Assembly (NCBI RefSeq): GCF_000315625.1 | Contig: NW_005434540.1 | Coordinates: 63,625 to 127,624 of the forward strand | Direction: 5' to 3' | From: Guillardia theta CCMP2712 | Taxonomy: Eukaryota > Protista > Cryptophyta | Length of the DNA: 64,000 bases | Part shown: piece after piece, positions 30,898 to 43,070 of the stretch | Position numbering within the stretch: the first letter of the stretch is position 1 | Layout: each line of letters opens with the position of its first letter | The notes under the pieces: generated by a model | What the model saw: the letters and a program-made list of their open reading frames with translations, nothing else | Database searches by the model: none | What the model was told of the DNA's origin: nothing | Translations under genes and position numbers: made by a program

Positions 30898-33800
30898 AGG
30901 CGATATCCTCGGGAGCATGGCGACATCTGCCGGCACGAGGGCTGGTAGTGATAGTGGGGCCCTGGCAGGAAGAAGATCCTCGGGTCCAGCAACTCTTCCT
31001 CTCCTTCCTCGAGAAGCTCCAGCGGTCGGCCAACTCTAGCGGCTTCGAGTGTGTCCTGCCTGCTGAGCTCCGAGAATTCATGGGAGATCGTGAAGCCTTC
31101 GACGAGGTGGCAAGAAAAGTGGGACAGGTTCCCTTCTCCGAGGAGATGCTTGCGACCATGTCTGCTTGCCTCGCCAGGCGCGTGCATCGCCTCCTCCTCC
31201 CTCCAGTCAAGGCGATCGCGGTGGATTGTGACGACACCCTATGGGGGAACGCGGTGGGAGAGGTAGGAGCAGAGCAGGTGGCGCTTGCCGAGAGGTTCTT
31301 GATGCTGCAAAGGAAGCTGGCTGGTCTCGCAGAGAGAGGAACGCTGGTGTGCTTGTGCTCCAGGAACAAGTTCGAGGACGTCCGGAGGGTCTTCAGCGTG
31401 AGGGAGGAAGAGATGGCTTTGAAATGGAATCATGTCGCCTCCTGGTACGTCAACGAGGAACCCAAGACCTCCGGCATCCGTCAGCTCGCGGCTGATCTCA
31501 ACATTGGCCTTGACTCCTTCGCCTTCCTCGACGACAACCCGTCCGAGTGCCTGCGCGTTCGCCAGGACCTCCCCCAGGTGCTGACTTGGCACGTGCCCGA
31601 GGACCCTGAGGAGTTCGGGATGAGGATGCGAGCGGCCTGGATCCTTGACGAGAGGTTCGAGTCAGCGGTGACGAAGGAGGACCGAGAGCGAGTGAGGAGG
31701 TACCAGGAGGAGAAGAGCCGGGGGAGGCGAGGCAGACCAGTGCGACGACGGACGAGTACCTCAAGTCACTGGGTACCAGGATCTTGGTAGAGCCCGCGGG
31801 GGAGGAGGATGTTGGCAGACTGTCTCAGTTGAGTGAGAGGACCAACCAGTTCAACGCGTTCAAGAAGTTCGTGTCCTCGGGCGACATCTTGAGGTACATG
31901 GAGCATGGTGGACAGGTCAGGAAGGTCTCCCTCAGTGACAACTTTGGCGACTACGGGGTGATCGGAGTGGTCATGATGCGCGACAACCGCTCCTTCTCGA
32001 TCCGATGGCTGGAGGATGCCGGAGGCATGAGGTTTGATCATCCTTCAGCTGATGATGAGCTGGAGGCCCAGGGCGCAAACTCTGCTGATCGCCAGGTGGT
32101 CGTCGACATTTTCGCCATGAGCTGTCGGGCTCTCGGCCGAGGGGTCGAGCATGCGATGTTGACATGTGCCGCCGAGTTTGCAGGGGCAGGGGCAGGGGCA
32201 GGGGCAGGGGCAGGGGCAGGGGCAGGGGCAGGGGCAGGGGCAGGGGCAGGGGCAGGGGCAGCAGGAGGTCCTTGTGTGACAGTCAAATTCCGATCGAACG
32301 ATCGCAACAAACTTGTCGGCCACTTCCTCGAGTGGGCGATGAATGAGAGCGGAGGGTCTTTGGCGGAGGAGGCGTTTTCCTTTCCTGTCTGCGGCCTCCT
32401 CTCCCTCCACTTCGACTGCTCCCGCATGACTTACGCACTGTCAGCTTCTGAAGTTTCGACATCCAGCCATGGAGAGGAGGGTACAGAGGTCGATAGCTCA
32501 GCTCTTGCCCGAGCTGAGCTTGTGTGGGAGATGTCGAGAGGAGGTCTGATGGATCCAGAGAGCATACTGCAGTCGGTGGCTGACATGAAAAAAAAGTCAA
32601 GGAAGCTGAGGGAGCAAACGAGCTCGGGCAACAACATGGAGAACCGGCACAGGCCTCCCGATCCTCCAGCAGCTGACAAGGATGCCAGCTGGTACCACCA
32701 GCGCAGGCCGAAGAAGGAGCGGCAGGTGGCAGAGAAACTGAAGGCCGTCTGGTCGGAGGTGAGCGCCTTGTGTGTGGGACCCCTTGTCACGAGCAGCTGG
32801 GGCAGGTGCTGGGAGTGGAGCAGGTGGAGACGAACGTGCCGTTCATGGAGTACGGGGGAGACTCGCTGATTGGCGTGACCGTCATCGCCAAGTCTGCCCG
32901 GCTGGGAATATCACTGCAGCTGCTGCCAAACTTTGGTGATGACGTCACCGTTGTTGTCACCTTATGAGCCTGTGTCCTTGCCATACCCTCCTTACCCCCA
33001 TCCTCCCCATCTCCTTCCTCGTCCTCCTTCTCTGCCTTCCTCGTCCTCGTCCTCGTCTTCTCTGTCTACTTCCTTGCTCAATTTCTCGCGTTCTGACATG
33101 TCTCTCCTTTAGACATGTTGTCAGTAGATGATCTTGCCAGAATGGCGATCTCCCTGCGCAAGGAGCAGGGCGACAAGAGGGGAGTGGGGGGTCAGAGCAA
33201 AGACTCGCAGAGCTCCTCTTCTTCTACCGCATGTCACATCCTAGAACGAGATCGGAGGGAGCCAGGAAGCGTCCCAAAGCCAATCGGAGGACTCTCTGCA
33301 TGCTCGCAAGGCGATTTGGACTCGCTCCTCAAGCTCCGAGCTACCGGCTGGGATCCTGTGCATGCAGTTGACAAGCACGGCAACACAGCGCTCATGTCTC
33401 CCCTCTCCTGCCCCGCCTTGAGCTCACCTTCACCTCCAGGTGGTCCTGCGGCTCTGGAGCTCTTCATGTTGCGGTGAGCTGAAAAGAGGCTCGCTGCTGG
33501 AGGTCTGCTGAACTCAGCGATGGCAGAAATGGCTCGTCGTAGAGTGCAAGATGGACGTGGAGGAGGAGAACAAGGACGGGCGGACTGCTCTCATGTGGGC
33601 TGCCAAGAACGGCCACAGACAAGTCGTTGAGTGGCTGCTGCTTGAGTGATACCTTACCTTAACGTCGAACTTGACATGACTTGTCGCTTGCACAGGACAG
33701 GGGCTGATCCAGCTCACGAGATGAAGGATGGATCCAAGGCCTTCGACTGGGTATGAAGGATGGATCCAACCGTCTGCCCTCTGCTCCTCTTGCGCCTTCG

Positions 33801-34100
33801 CCTTCGCCTGCTCCTGCTCCTGGTCCTGCTGCTCCTGTTACTCCTCCACTAACTCCTGCTTGTTCACTTGCCCCTGTACCTGCTCCTCTGCTCGGTCTGT
33901 GCAGCTCCTGCCTCTCTCTCCCTGTCCTGCTCCTCCTCACTTCCTTTGCAGGCCATCTACGGGGGTGACCTCGAAGTGCTGGAGCTCCTCTCCTCCACCA
34001 AAGGCGTCGACATTCACAGCCTCAACAACTTCGGATGCGGAGCTGCCTTCTGGGCTGCTGCTGCCGGCAATGTCGATACCTGCAGGTCCTCAGAGCTTCT
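30642..34100 (+). CDS. FkbH-like (HAD-IIIC glyceryl transferase) - ACP - ankyrin-repeat fusion; frameshifted at 31720-31724; 3' end runs into an assembly gap
   Basis: VDCDDTLWG, CSRN, FLDDNPSE, EYLKSLG, RTNQFN, DNFGDYG, MSCRALGRGVE; ACP motif YGGDSL; ankyrin motifs DKHGNTALM, NKDGRTALMWAAKNGH and NNFGCGAAFWAA. Confidence 0.85.
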
Positions 34101-34120
34101 CATCCCCTCCTCCTCCTCCT

Positions 34121-34220
34121 NNNNNNNNNNNNNNNNNNNNNNNNNNNNNNNNNNNNNNNNNNNNNNNNNNNNNNNNNNNNNNNNNNNNNNNNNNNNNNNN
34201 NNNNNNNNNNNNNNNNNNNN
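34121..34220. other. Assembly gap (100 N)
   Basis: N run flanked by (CCT)n. Confidence 1.
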
Positions 34221-34664
34221 TCCTCCTCCTCCTCCTCCTCCTCCCTCTTCGGTGCTGCCGTTTCCTCCTCCTCTTCTTTCATCCCTCTCCTCGCCATTCC
34301 TTCCTTCCGCAAAGAAGTTTGTCTTGCAAATTTGGAAGAATTTGAAGGAAGTTGGGTGGGTGGCAGAACAATATTGTTTCCTAAGGGGGTGGGGTATGTA
34401 TGAAGATAGGGGTAGTGCAAATCGAGGGTGACACTTAAAGAGGGGTGGGTGATGTCATGGAAGAAAGGGGGTCATAGTTGGGAAAATAGGGGTAGAATCA
34501 TGGACATTGTGGGGTGATAAAATTTCCTGCTGGACACCCTGTGGAGAAACATTGGAAAGGAGGGGTACAGATCGAGCAATATGAAACTCTAGGGGTGGAG
34601 GTAGCTGAAAGGGGGGTAGTACGTGGAAATAGGGGGTAGGGGTAATGAGCAAAATAGTCTCGGC

Positions 34665-35375
34665 ATGCAGCGCAGAGGACGAGTAGCAATGTGGAGCGCA
34701 AGGTCTCCGTACGAGGAGGAGGAGGAGGAGGAGGAGGAGGAGGAGGAGCTTTCCAACTACCAGCGGGACACAGAGACTCCGATATGCGGGCCTGACCATC
34801 TCTTGGAGGGAGCTGATGCCCTCGAAGTGTGGAGGGAGGATGCTGCTGCTGCCCTGGGCTCGGCCCTTTACAGGGCTGAGTACGCAGGGAAGTTTTCAGC
34901 CTGCATTGTTCAAGCTTCACTGGGAGATCTTGAAGTCGACAAGCACGTGAAGACGGAGATGAGAGTGAGAGCGAAGGAAGAGGCTGCGGTCTGCCGCCCG
35001 AGGAAGCCTGAGAAACAACTCCGTCCAGTCCTGGCAAGAACAGTGAGAATGGTGGACGATCTGCTGGAGAGCTCCAGTCCCATGGTGACGAGGTTCGAAG
35101 AGAAGTCGAGGAGCTTCCTGAAGCCTCTCGATGAGGTCCTCGAGGACATCGAGTCTTGCCATAGCCCGGGCGCCCGAATCCTGCAGTTCTGCGTGCAGGA
35201 GTTCCTCAACAGCCTTGAGAAGCTGGGGGCGTTGGAGCCGAAGCTCGCGATGATCGAGGAGACAGTGCAGGAGAAGGTTACTGGCCCGATCTCTTCTCGG
35301 TTGATGAGGTTGTCACGATGGGGCGACAAGCTGTTCGGTCTCTCCTACGACGTTCCGCCTGCACCTCAGGACTGA
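34665..35375 (+). CDS. Hypothetical helical protein
   Basis: Open coding-like frame of ~236 aa with a poly-Glu run; no motif. Confidence 0.5.
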   Translation: MQRRGRVAMWSARSPYEEEEEEEEEEEELSNYQRDTETPICGPDHLLEGADALEVWREDAAAALGSALYRAEYAGKFSACIVQASLGDLEVDKHVKTEMRVRAKEEAAVCRPRKPEKQLRPVLARTVRMVDDLLESSSPMVTRFEEKSRSFLKPLDEVLEDIESCHSPGARILQFCVQEFLNSLEKLGALEPKLAMIEETVQEKVTGPISSRLMRLSRWGDKLFGLSYDVPPAPQD

Positions 35376-35399
35376 CACCCTGACAAGATTAACATCATG

Positions 35400-37118
35400 G
35401 TGACTTCTGGCAGCAGTATGCCGTCTAATCATCATCGTCATCATCATAGTAAGTTCTCCCGAAGGCTTGTTCTCGATTTGATGCTGCCGGAATGCCGAAC
35501 TCTTCGACCTCCTCATCGAATTTCTGTGCACGTTCAGAGGGATTAGGGAACGAGGGCAGTGCGCGATCCTACCAGGGGATCATCGATGAAGAAGGGGCTC
35601 TTGGGACTTGTAGAATCGTATAAATGAATTTGCCTGTACTGTAACCCCCTTCTGTCAGTCCCTCCCTCCTCCTCCTCCTCAGCCACATATCCTTGTATAC
35701 CTTGTCTAAGAATTTCGTAGCAGCAGGGCAGATGAAGTCAATAATGCCATTGAAAGTGATGATCTGGTTACTATCAGACTCTTGTTGCAACAGGAAGCAA
35801 GTTCGACACCTTTTTCCCCTCAGTCAAGAAGTTCAAAAGCTGGTAGCGATTCAGTTCAACGTGATGGGCTGCGGGCAGCGGGCAAACCTTTCGGTACATG
35901 AATGTTCCATGCTCATAGATATCTGGAGGTAGGCAGATGTACAGGATCGTAGCTTGGCTATAGGCAAGGTCATTCAGATATTACGCACAGGCAAGCTTGA
36001 AACACCTGAGGTCCATTTCACCTAAATCCCCACACATGAAGTGTATCCTCTCGCAGAGATCAAGGGTCTCGGCAGTCTACAACAACATCACCTCCCCTGT
36101 GTTTCAGAGCGCCCGGTCACTTGCCTTCTGTGCATGCACCAACGTGTCTGCGTCCAAATCCACACCAATCTGCAACCGAGCATGACGGAGAGCGTCAAGA
36201 GAGGAAACGCTGGCGTACCGCTTTCACTCCGTACTTGAGCACCGCCGATATGCAGATCCTCCCGTCTCCGCAACCTAGATCGATCAACTACTCCTGTCAT
36301 GTCCCGTCTAAGGCGACACCCCTGTTGGTTACCGTGTCTGATTTCTCCATGGGGACAAAGTCCAAGATCGCTTCCACTGCCTGCATAGGAGTTTGTATGC
36401 CCTCTCCGAATATTCCATCCGCCTGTTCCCTTGTCAGAGGGTTCGCATCTGGGTCGACTTCATCATAGCGTACCATATCCGCAAGTTTTATCAAGTCAAA
36501 CTCAGTCATGTTTTGGGGATCAATCTGTTCCTTTGACTTCAAGTCCATCAACCTGTCAATACATTTGTTTTACCATGTCCTAGATGCACAGCTACACACC
36601 TTCCCATTTCTTCATTCTGCTCTACCATGTCATCCAGATTGGTGTATGCCGACTGCGCACAGGCAGGCTGCGGTCAAACGAGAACCCACATCGTCCACAC
36701 TGCCAAGATGAAACAACCAATGGTTCTGACCTTGTAAAACTCCGCGCATGCCTTCAAGGCAGGGTCGCTGTATTCTTCTTCCGACTCGTCCCTACCCTGG
36801 TCGACTTCATCTGGAAGCGATTCGACTCACGTGTTCGCATTCCCCATGACCAAGACAGACCTTGTCCTCCCCTCAAGCCCACCATCCTCGTCACAGACAA
36901 CAAGGCTCTACCGCAGCAGGGTCCATGTACTCGAGAATACTGCAAGGAAGCTTTTGAGTCGAGCGATTCAGATGGAACATTCAGACCTGTTCAGCTGCCA
37001 TGGGTAGGAGGATCAGCAGAAGAACGATTGTCCTCTGCAGGAGATGATTCATATGATGTCCTGATCCCATGATGCTTCGACGCCCCTCATTCTGCACCCC
37101 ATGGCTTCTTCTCACCAT
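35400..37118 (-). CDS. Class I SAM-dependent methyltransferase (FAM173/ATPSCKMT-like), multi-exon, possible signal peptide; 3' end approximate
   Basis: Spliced reading IQTPMQAVEAILDFVPMEKSDT|LIDLGCGDGRICISAVLKYGVKA|IGVDLDADTLVHAQK..RIHFMCGDLGEMDL..SQATILYI; N-terminal MNHLLQRTIVLLLILLPMAAE. Confidence 0.8.
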
Positions 37119-37626
37119 CCTCACAACTGTTTCAATTTGTTGATTCCAAGGTTACATTCCCTCCTTAGTTGATCCCTCCACAGACTCAAACCCCCCTTCC
37201 CTCTTCTACCTCCTCCCTCTGTCTCCATGGAATTCCCTCCCTCCCTCCCTCCCTCCCTCCCTTCCTCCCTCCCTTCCTCCCTCCCTTCCTCCCTCCCTCG
37301 CTTCCTCCCTCCCTCCTCCCTCCCTCCCTCCCTCTCTCCTCCCTCGCCTGGGCAGCCATCGGAGAGTCTCATCTGAAATTTCTCGTTTTCCTTTTACTCA
37401 AAGTTAAGTTAACCATGAGTACGAGGACAATCCGAGGCTTTCCAGTGACACAGCCTGTGACAGGGCAGTTGACTCGCCGACGGTGACAGGCCGGGCCATC
37501 CGAGTCCCCCGCGGCCGCCGGCCCGGGCCGTGCCCGCCTCCCGGCGGCTCGGACCGAACCGGCCTGCGCTGCTGCCTACCAGCCTTCAGGCTCCCGATCG
37601 GATGCCGCAGTGCCAGCTTTTGAGTA

Positions 37627-38825
37627 CTACCGTACTCCTCTCCGCCTCTCCTCCCTGATCTCCCTCCTGTTCCACGCTATTCGTGGAAGAGGATTGGGAT
37701 GCTTGGTAGGACAGCGGCGACAATTTGCCACCATCACTTTCATTACGGACTGAAGGGCTGCAGATTCATTTAGATGCTTCCTGATTACGAAGATACATTT
37801 AGATGCTTCCTGATTACGAATGTAGCACAAGGACGTAGCCATTGATAAGAGGTCCAGCGTTTCCTAGCTAATGGGCCTCCTTGGAAATTTGACTGATAAC
37901 ATGAAAGAATATTCAACATCAAATTCCCACGTCGCTTCATGTTGTTCCTGCTGGCTTCTTGCCGTCGTCTGCCGCTTCTTTCTTTGCTACGCTGCCCTCG
38001 CTCGCCTGTTTTTCTTTCTCCTGCTTCTCCAATGCAAGTTCAGCCAGAAGTCGATGGATCATCTCCTGCCGACCTGAATCAGCAGAGGAGCAGGGCAACC
38101 TTTCCCTCCCGCACCTGCTCGCGCGGATTGAATTTATTCTCGATGAGCTCAGCGAGTGTAGGTTGTAGCGCTGGGATGTAGTTCATCTGCGAGCCTCTTC
38201 TCTTACCCAAGTCGAGCTTCACATTCTTCCGTGCCTGATTGCAGGATCAACAATGACAGGAATGCAGCCGAAGAGATGAAGATAATAAAAAGCAAGCACA
38301 ATCCTCACTTGAAACCCTCTGAAAGCTTTTTGAATGTCCGAAGAAGCACTCTGCATCTCCTTTACAGCAGAGGTCAAAGCTATCATGCGCCTGACTTGAT
38401 TGTAAAGCTTCCCTCGCGGGTTTCTGTTCGCTTCCATCACGTGCCCTTTCAAGTTTGAAAACGCGTCCTGCATCTTTTGGATGCGAAATCCGACTGCTTG
38501 CCACCCGTCAGCGTTAGATGACGAGGGGGAGGACACTAGCGACGTCACCTGACTGAGGCGCCATCACCTGCTTCCACTCGTAGTCTTCCAGCTCTGCTCC
38601 TTCCTCTAGACTCTTCAATTTCTCGCTCACAGCATCCGAGTAAAGCTTGTCGGGTTTCTTTGCCCTCACCGCGCGAGCATGTCTGGACACAAACCCATCC
38701 TCCTCGTCCTCCTCGTCCTCCTCTTTCTCCTCTCCCTCTCCTTCCTGAACTCTCTCCTCTTCCTCCTTACCCATGGATGCTTCTCTTAGCATTTCTCCTG
38801 TACTATTTATTGACTGAAAAAGCAA
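37627..38825 (-). CDS. Multi-exon hypothetical helical protein (boundaries approximate)
   Basis: Coding-like exons separated by ~50-bp introns; acidic N-terminal part. Confidence 0.45.
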
Positions 38826-38932
38826 CTCAATCTCGCCCTCAAGATTGACCCGACCGTTGCAGCATCGTGACGTTGAAAGTCTGCCTCAGAATCGTGGGCC
38901 ACCGTGACTGACACGGTCACTTCAAGTTAAAA

Positions 38933-39360
38933 CACCCGCCGAAGGCCTTTCTTCCCTTCACTGCAGGTACGGATGGTCTTCTTCATGCTGACGCTTTGCG
39001 GTTTCTCTGGTACCTGGCGGATCACCACTGCGCTCAGGAGGCGGTGTATGGCCCGGGACGGGCCCGGTGGCTTTCATCGTTTGCGTGCTCGCCTGTTTCG
39101 GCAGTATCGCTCTCGTATGGGTCTTGCCGTCCTCCTCGCAGGAGCCTTGCGCTACTGCTCTTTGTGACACTTTGTCCTGATCCTGCTTGTCGTGCACTGC
39201 GGCCCCATGCCGTCCGATCGCTTCAGGCTTGCGTGGTTGGAGTAGCGGTTTTCGCTGCCTCCTTCGTTTCCTAGTATTTTATTGAGGCGGGTTTGTAGGC
39301 TTTATCCTCCCCCTCCTTTGTTTGCTCCGGTTTGCCCTTCTTTTTCAGTCAATACAGAAA
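38933..39360 (+). mobile_element. 5'-truncated RLE-type (CRE/NeSL-like) non-LTR retrotransposon 3' end
   Basis: AFLPFTAGTDGLLHADALRFLWYLADHH-[frameshift]-GFHRLRARLFRQYRSRMGLAVLLAGALR resembles the C-terminal FxP...GxL...ALR segment of RLE domains; a second copy lies at 26122. Confidence 0.6.
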
Positions 39361-39602
39361 AAACAGCCTGTCACTGAGAGACTCAGCGGCCGGGCCGCGG
39401 CGCCCGGGCCGAGCTGGTCACCGGACCGAGTCTGACCCCCGGCTGGCCCCGGACTCTCACAGTGACAGTGGGACTCCCGCCTGAGTCCGGGTCACCCGCA
39501 GGGTTACCCGGGCCGGGCCCGGCCGGGTGACCGGGAATGAGGGGGATGATTTGTATTCTGGTGATGTCTGAGCGGGGATGAGGGCGCTCGCAGTTTGAAA
39601 GA

Positions 39603-42600
39603 ATGGCGGACGGGCGGGACGCCATGGAGTCGCTGCTGATGGAGGTGAATAGAACGGAGGAGGAGAGAGGAGAGGGAGAGAGAGAGAGGAGGAAGAGAGA
39701 GGGGATAAGAGATGAGGAGATGACAAGGAGAAGACGAGGACAGGAGAGGAATAAGGATGATGAAGAAGTAGTGGTATGACGAAAAGTTCAGAACGGAACA
39801 GAAAGAGGGAGCGAGGAAAGATCGAAGATATTTATTCTTGGGTTTGACGTAGGAATCATAGGCAGAGTTGAAGGGAAGCGGGAATGATGAGAAATGACCC
39901 TGGAAGAAGAGGAGGAGAAAGAGATGGGTCAGAGGAAAAGATGGATGGAGATCGTTTCCAAGATCCTAACGTTACCGTAGGTAGAGGAGCAGATCAACGA
40001 AGCGCGAGCATCCGTCCATGGAGCAGCGAACAAGTTTGAGGAGGGGAAGGAGTTCGAGGCAGCAGCAGCGGAGAGGGCGAAGGAGTCGCAGCTGAGCGAG
40101 GCGACTAGGAGGAAGCTACAAAGGCGCTCTCAGATTCTGAGTGCGGAGGTGAAGTCGGAGCTGTCTAGAGCAGTGGCTCAACTCCGGCACACTTCGCATC
40201 ACTACAAGCACGTGAAGAATGAGATCGAGACCGCTCTGCGACACAAAGACAGAAAGGTCTGCAGATCCCGCTGAGTGTGTGTATGTTGAAGTTGAAATGC
40301 TGTCAGCTCGCAGAGCTCTCGAAGGCGGAGGGAAGGATACAGGGGCTTGAAGAGCAGGTGAACGATCAGAAGAAGATAATCCAGGAGCTCAACAAGGTAA
40401 GGGGAAGTGAAGTCCTCCGATCCTCCTCATCTTCCTTCAGGCAAAGGAGGACGCGCATTTTCAGATCCAGCGCATGAGTCTGGAAGTTGACAACTTGCGC
40501 AAAGCAAAGGAAGACCTGGAGGGGACGATCTCACACCTTGAAGGTGAAGAACTTGTACCTTCTAGTTGCTGGTCACCGACAGGACTGCAGAGAAAAATTC
40601 CCACAACGAACTGTCATACTCGAAACAGACCCAAGAATCTAACAACATCATGGTCCACAACACAAGTTTGAAGAGCCAGGTGAGCCATGGCGTGAGAGAC
40701 ACGTTGCTTCGACGAGAAGTCTCTTCCCCATGCCTGTCTGCTGAACTCTCTGCAGCTGAAGGATGCAAACAACACGATCAACGTCTTGAGGGAGGAGAAC
40801 GCAAGCTTGATCAAGACTCGAGACCACCTCATGGCTCAACTCAAGAACTCAAAGGAGGTCTTGTCTTGATCGCCCCCGTCCCCATCCCCGTCCCCGTCCT
40901 CGTTCTCTCATCCTCAACTCTTATCCTTCTCGAAACTCCCGCCTGCTCTTCCTACTCTCTCCGTTCTCTCCTCCCTCATCTGAGCTTGTTCCAGGTCGTC
41001 GCTCGGATCACGGCAGATAACCTGATGTTCCTCAACAAGATCAAACACTCGGAGGCGAAGGTGGAGCAAGCAGTGAAGGAGCGAGAAGTCCTGAGAAAGG
41101 AGCTCAACGAGAACGACGGGTAAACATTTCATCCCTGTCCCTTCCTCCTCCTCCTCCTCCTCTCCTCCTCCTCCTCCTCCTCCTCCTCCTCTTCCTCTTC
41201 ATTCCTCATCACTTCTCCACCTCCTCTTTCCTCTTCATTCCTCATCACATCCCCTACTCTGTCCCTCTTGATCTTTTCCTTCTTTCAAATGAATGTCTCC
41301 TTACCTCTCTCTTCCTCTGCTCCCCTGCGCCTCCTCCTATCCTCACTCCCCTGCTCCTCTCCTCTCCTCTCTCCTCCTCTCTCCTCTACCTCTCTCCTCC
41401 TTCTCGCTCCTCCTCGTCTGTCCTGCTCCTGTCTTCCGCGTCTGTCTCCTCCTCTCATCCGCTTTCCTCCTCAGCCGCTGGTTCGAGCATCTCCGCGACG
41501 AGCTGCAGAAGGTCACGCAGACCCACCTGGACGCCATCGAAGAGAGCGAGCAGCGGATGATGGCGGTGAGAGGAGGCGACGAGCTCTTGCCTCTTTCTCC
41601 TCACCCTTGTGGAGCAGAGGGAGGAAGAGGACAGGAAGAAGCTGGAGGAAGCAGAGGCGCTGCTAGAGGCAGCGCGAGCCGAGGGCAGGAGGCTGGAGGA
41701 GGAGCGGAACTCCTCGAGGGAGGAGGCGAAGACGTTGTCGCTGAAGTTCTCTGCCCTCTCGGAGTCCCACGAGGCCCTCAGCTCCAAGAAGGAGGAGCTG
41801 GAGCTGCAGGTGGCCTCCGCCACCAGCTCAGCTGAGAGCATGCAGAAGAAGATGGAGGAGGTGAGGAGGGAGCAACCGAGTCCGCCTCTGACTCCTCGCA
41901 GCTGAGCAAGGAGTTGGAGCAGCGAGGAACGGCAGCAGCAGAGCTTCAGGTGCGAGGAGGAGGGGAGGGAGAGAGGTGGAGAGGAGGGAGGAAGGGGAGG
42001 GGGAGANNNNNNNNNNNNNNNNNNNNNNNNNNNNNNNNNNNNNNNNNNNNNNNNNNNNNNNNNNNNNNNNNNNNNNNNNNNNNNNNNNNNNNNNNNNNNN
42101 NNNNNNGTAGAGTCGAGCTTGCAGATGGACCAGAAGCGATCAGAATGTCAGAGACTGAGCGATGAGATTGAGAGACTCAAGGTGCCTCCCCTCCCCTCCT
42201 CCTCCTCCTTCCCTCCCTTTCCTTCCCTTTCCTTCCCTTTCCTTCGCTTTCCCTCCCCTCCCCTCCTCCTCCCCTCCCCTCCTCTCCCCTCCCCTCCTCT
42301 CCCCTCCTCTCCTCTCCTCCCCTCTCCTCTTCTCCTCAACATCCTTCCTCGTAGCCGCTCCCTTACTTCTTCTCGCCTGCTCCTCCTTGTTTCTCTCTCA
42401 CTTTCTCTTCCCCTCCTCACTTGCCCATGACCCATTACCGTCAGGAGCTCAACGAGATTGTGCTGAGGGAGAAGCAGGAGGAGGAAAGGAAACTTTACTC
42501 CCTCCAGGCTGACCTCGACATCTCTCTCAAACGAAGCCGAGCCCTCGAGCAGGTGCCTTGCCACACGCTCCCTCCCCCACCCGCTCCACGTCTCCTTCCT

Positions 42601-42905
42601 CCTCCTCCTCCTCCTCCTCCTCTCTCGCCCCCTGTTCACTGATCCACGGTTCCCTCCTCTTCTCCCTGGTCGTCACTCCAGATCTCCCTTCTCTTCCTCC
42701 TCCCTTGTTGTTCATCGTCTCAACTCCTCCTCTCCACCTTCCTCCTCCACCTCCTGTTGCTTCTTCTTCGTCTTCCTCGTCCTCCGTCTCCTTCCCCTCC
42801 TCCCCCTTCCTCCTGCTCAAACTGCCGCAGGACATCAACTCGTTGAAGCACGAGAAGGATGTGTTGGCTCGGCAGCTCTCGACTCTCTCTCAGACTTCTT
42901 TGTAA
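39603..42905 (+). CDS. Multi-exon long coiled-coil protein
   Basis: MADGRDAMESLLME|VEEQINEAR... heptad-rich E/K/R/L exons ending ...LSTLSQTSL*; spans an N gap. Confidence 0.7.
42007..42106. other. Assembly gap (100 N)
   Basis: N run inside a purine-rich intron. Confidence 1.
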
Positions 42906-43070
42906 TTTAATTGCGAATGTCTTTTCAATATACATGATGAAACAATAAATTCATTCCTCCTCGTCCTCGTCCTCCCTCGTCCTCCCCCCTCCTCCCTCCT
43001 CCCTCCTCCTCCCTTCTCCTCCTTTCTTCTCCTCCATTTCTTTGTCCTGATTCCTACTCCTCTTCTTTCC

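Noticed and set aside
37170-37350. ORFs made of (CCCT)n, (GGA)n or (GAT)n tracts here and at 42-44, 51.6, 60.3 and 62-64 kb
   Set aside because: Microsatellite-filled introns or intergenic DNA; the poly-amino-acid translations are artefacts.
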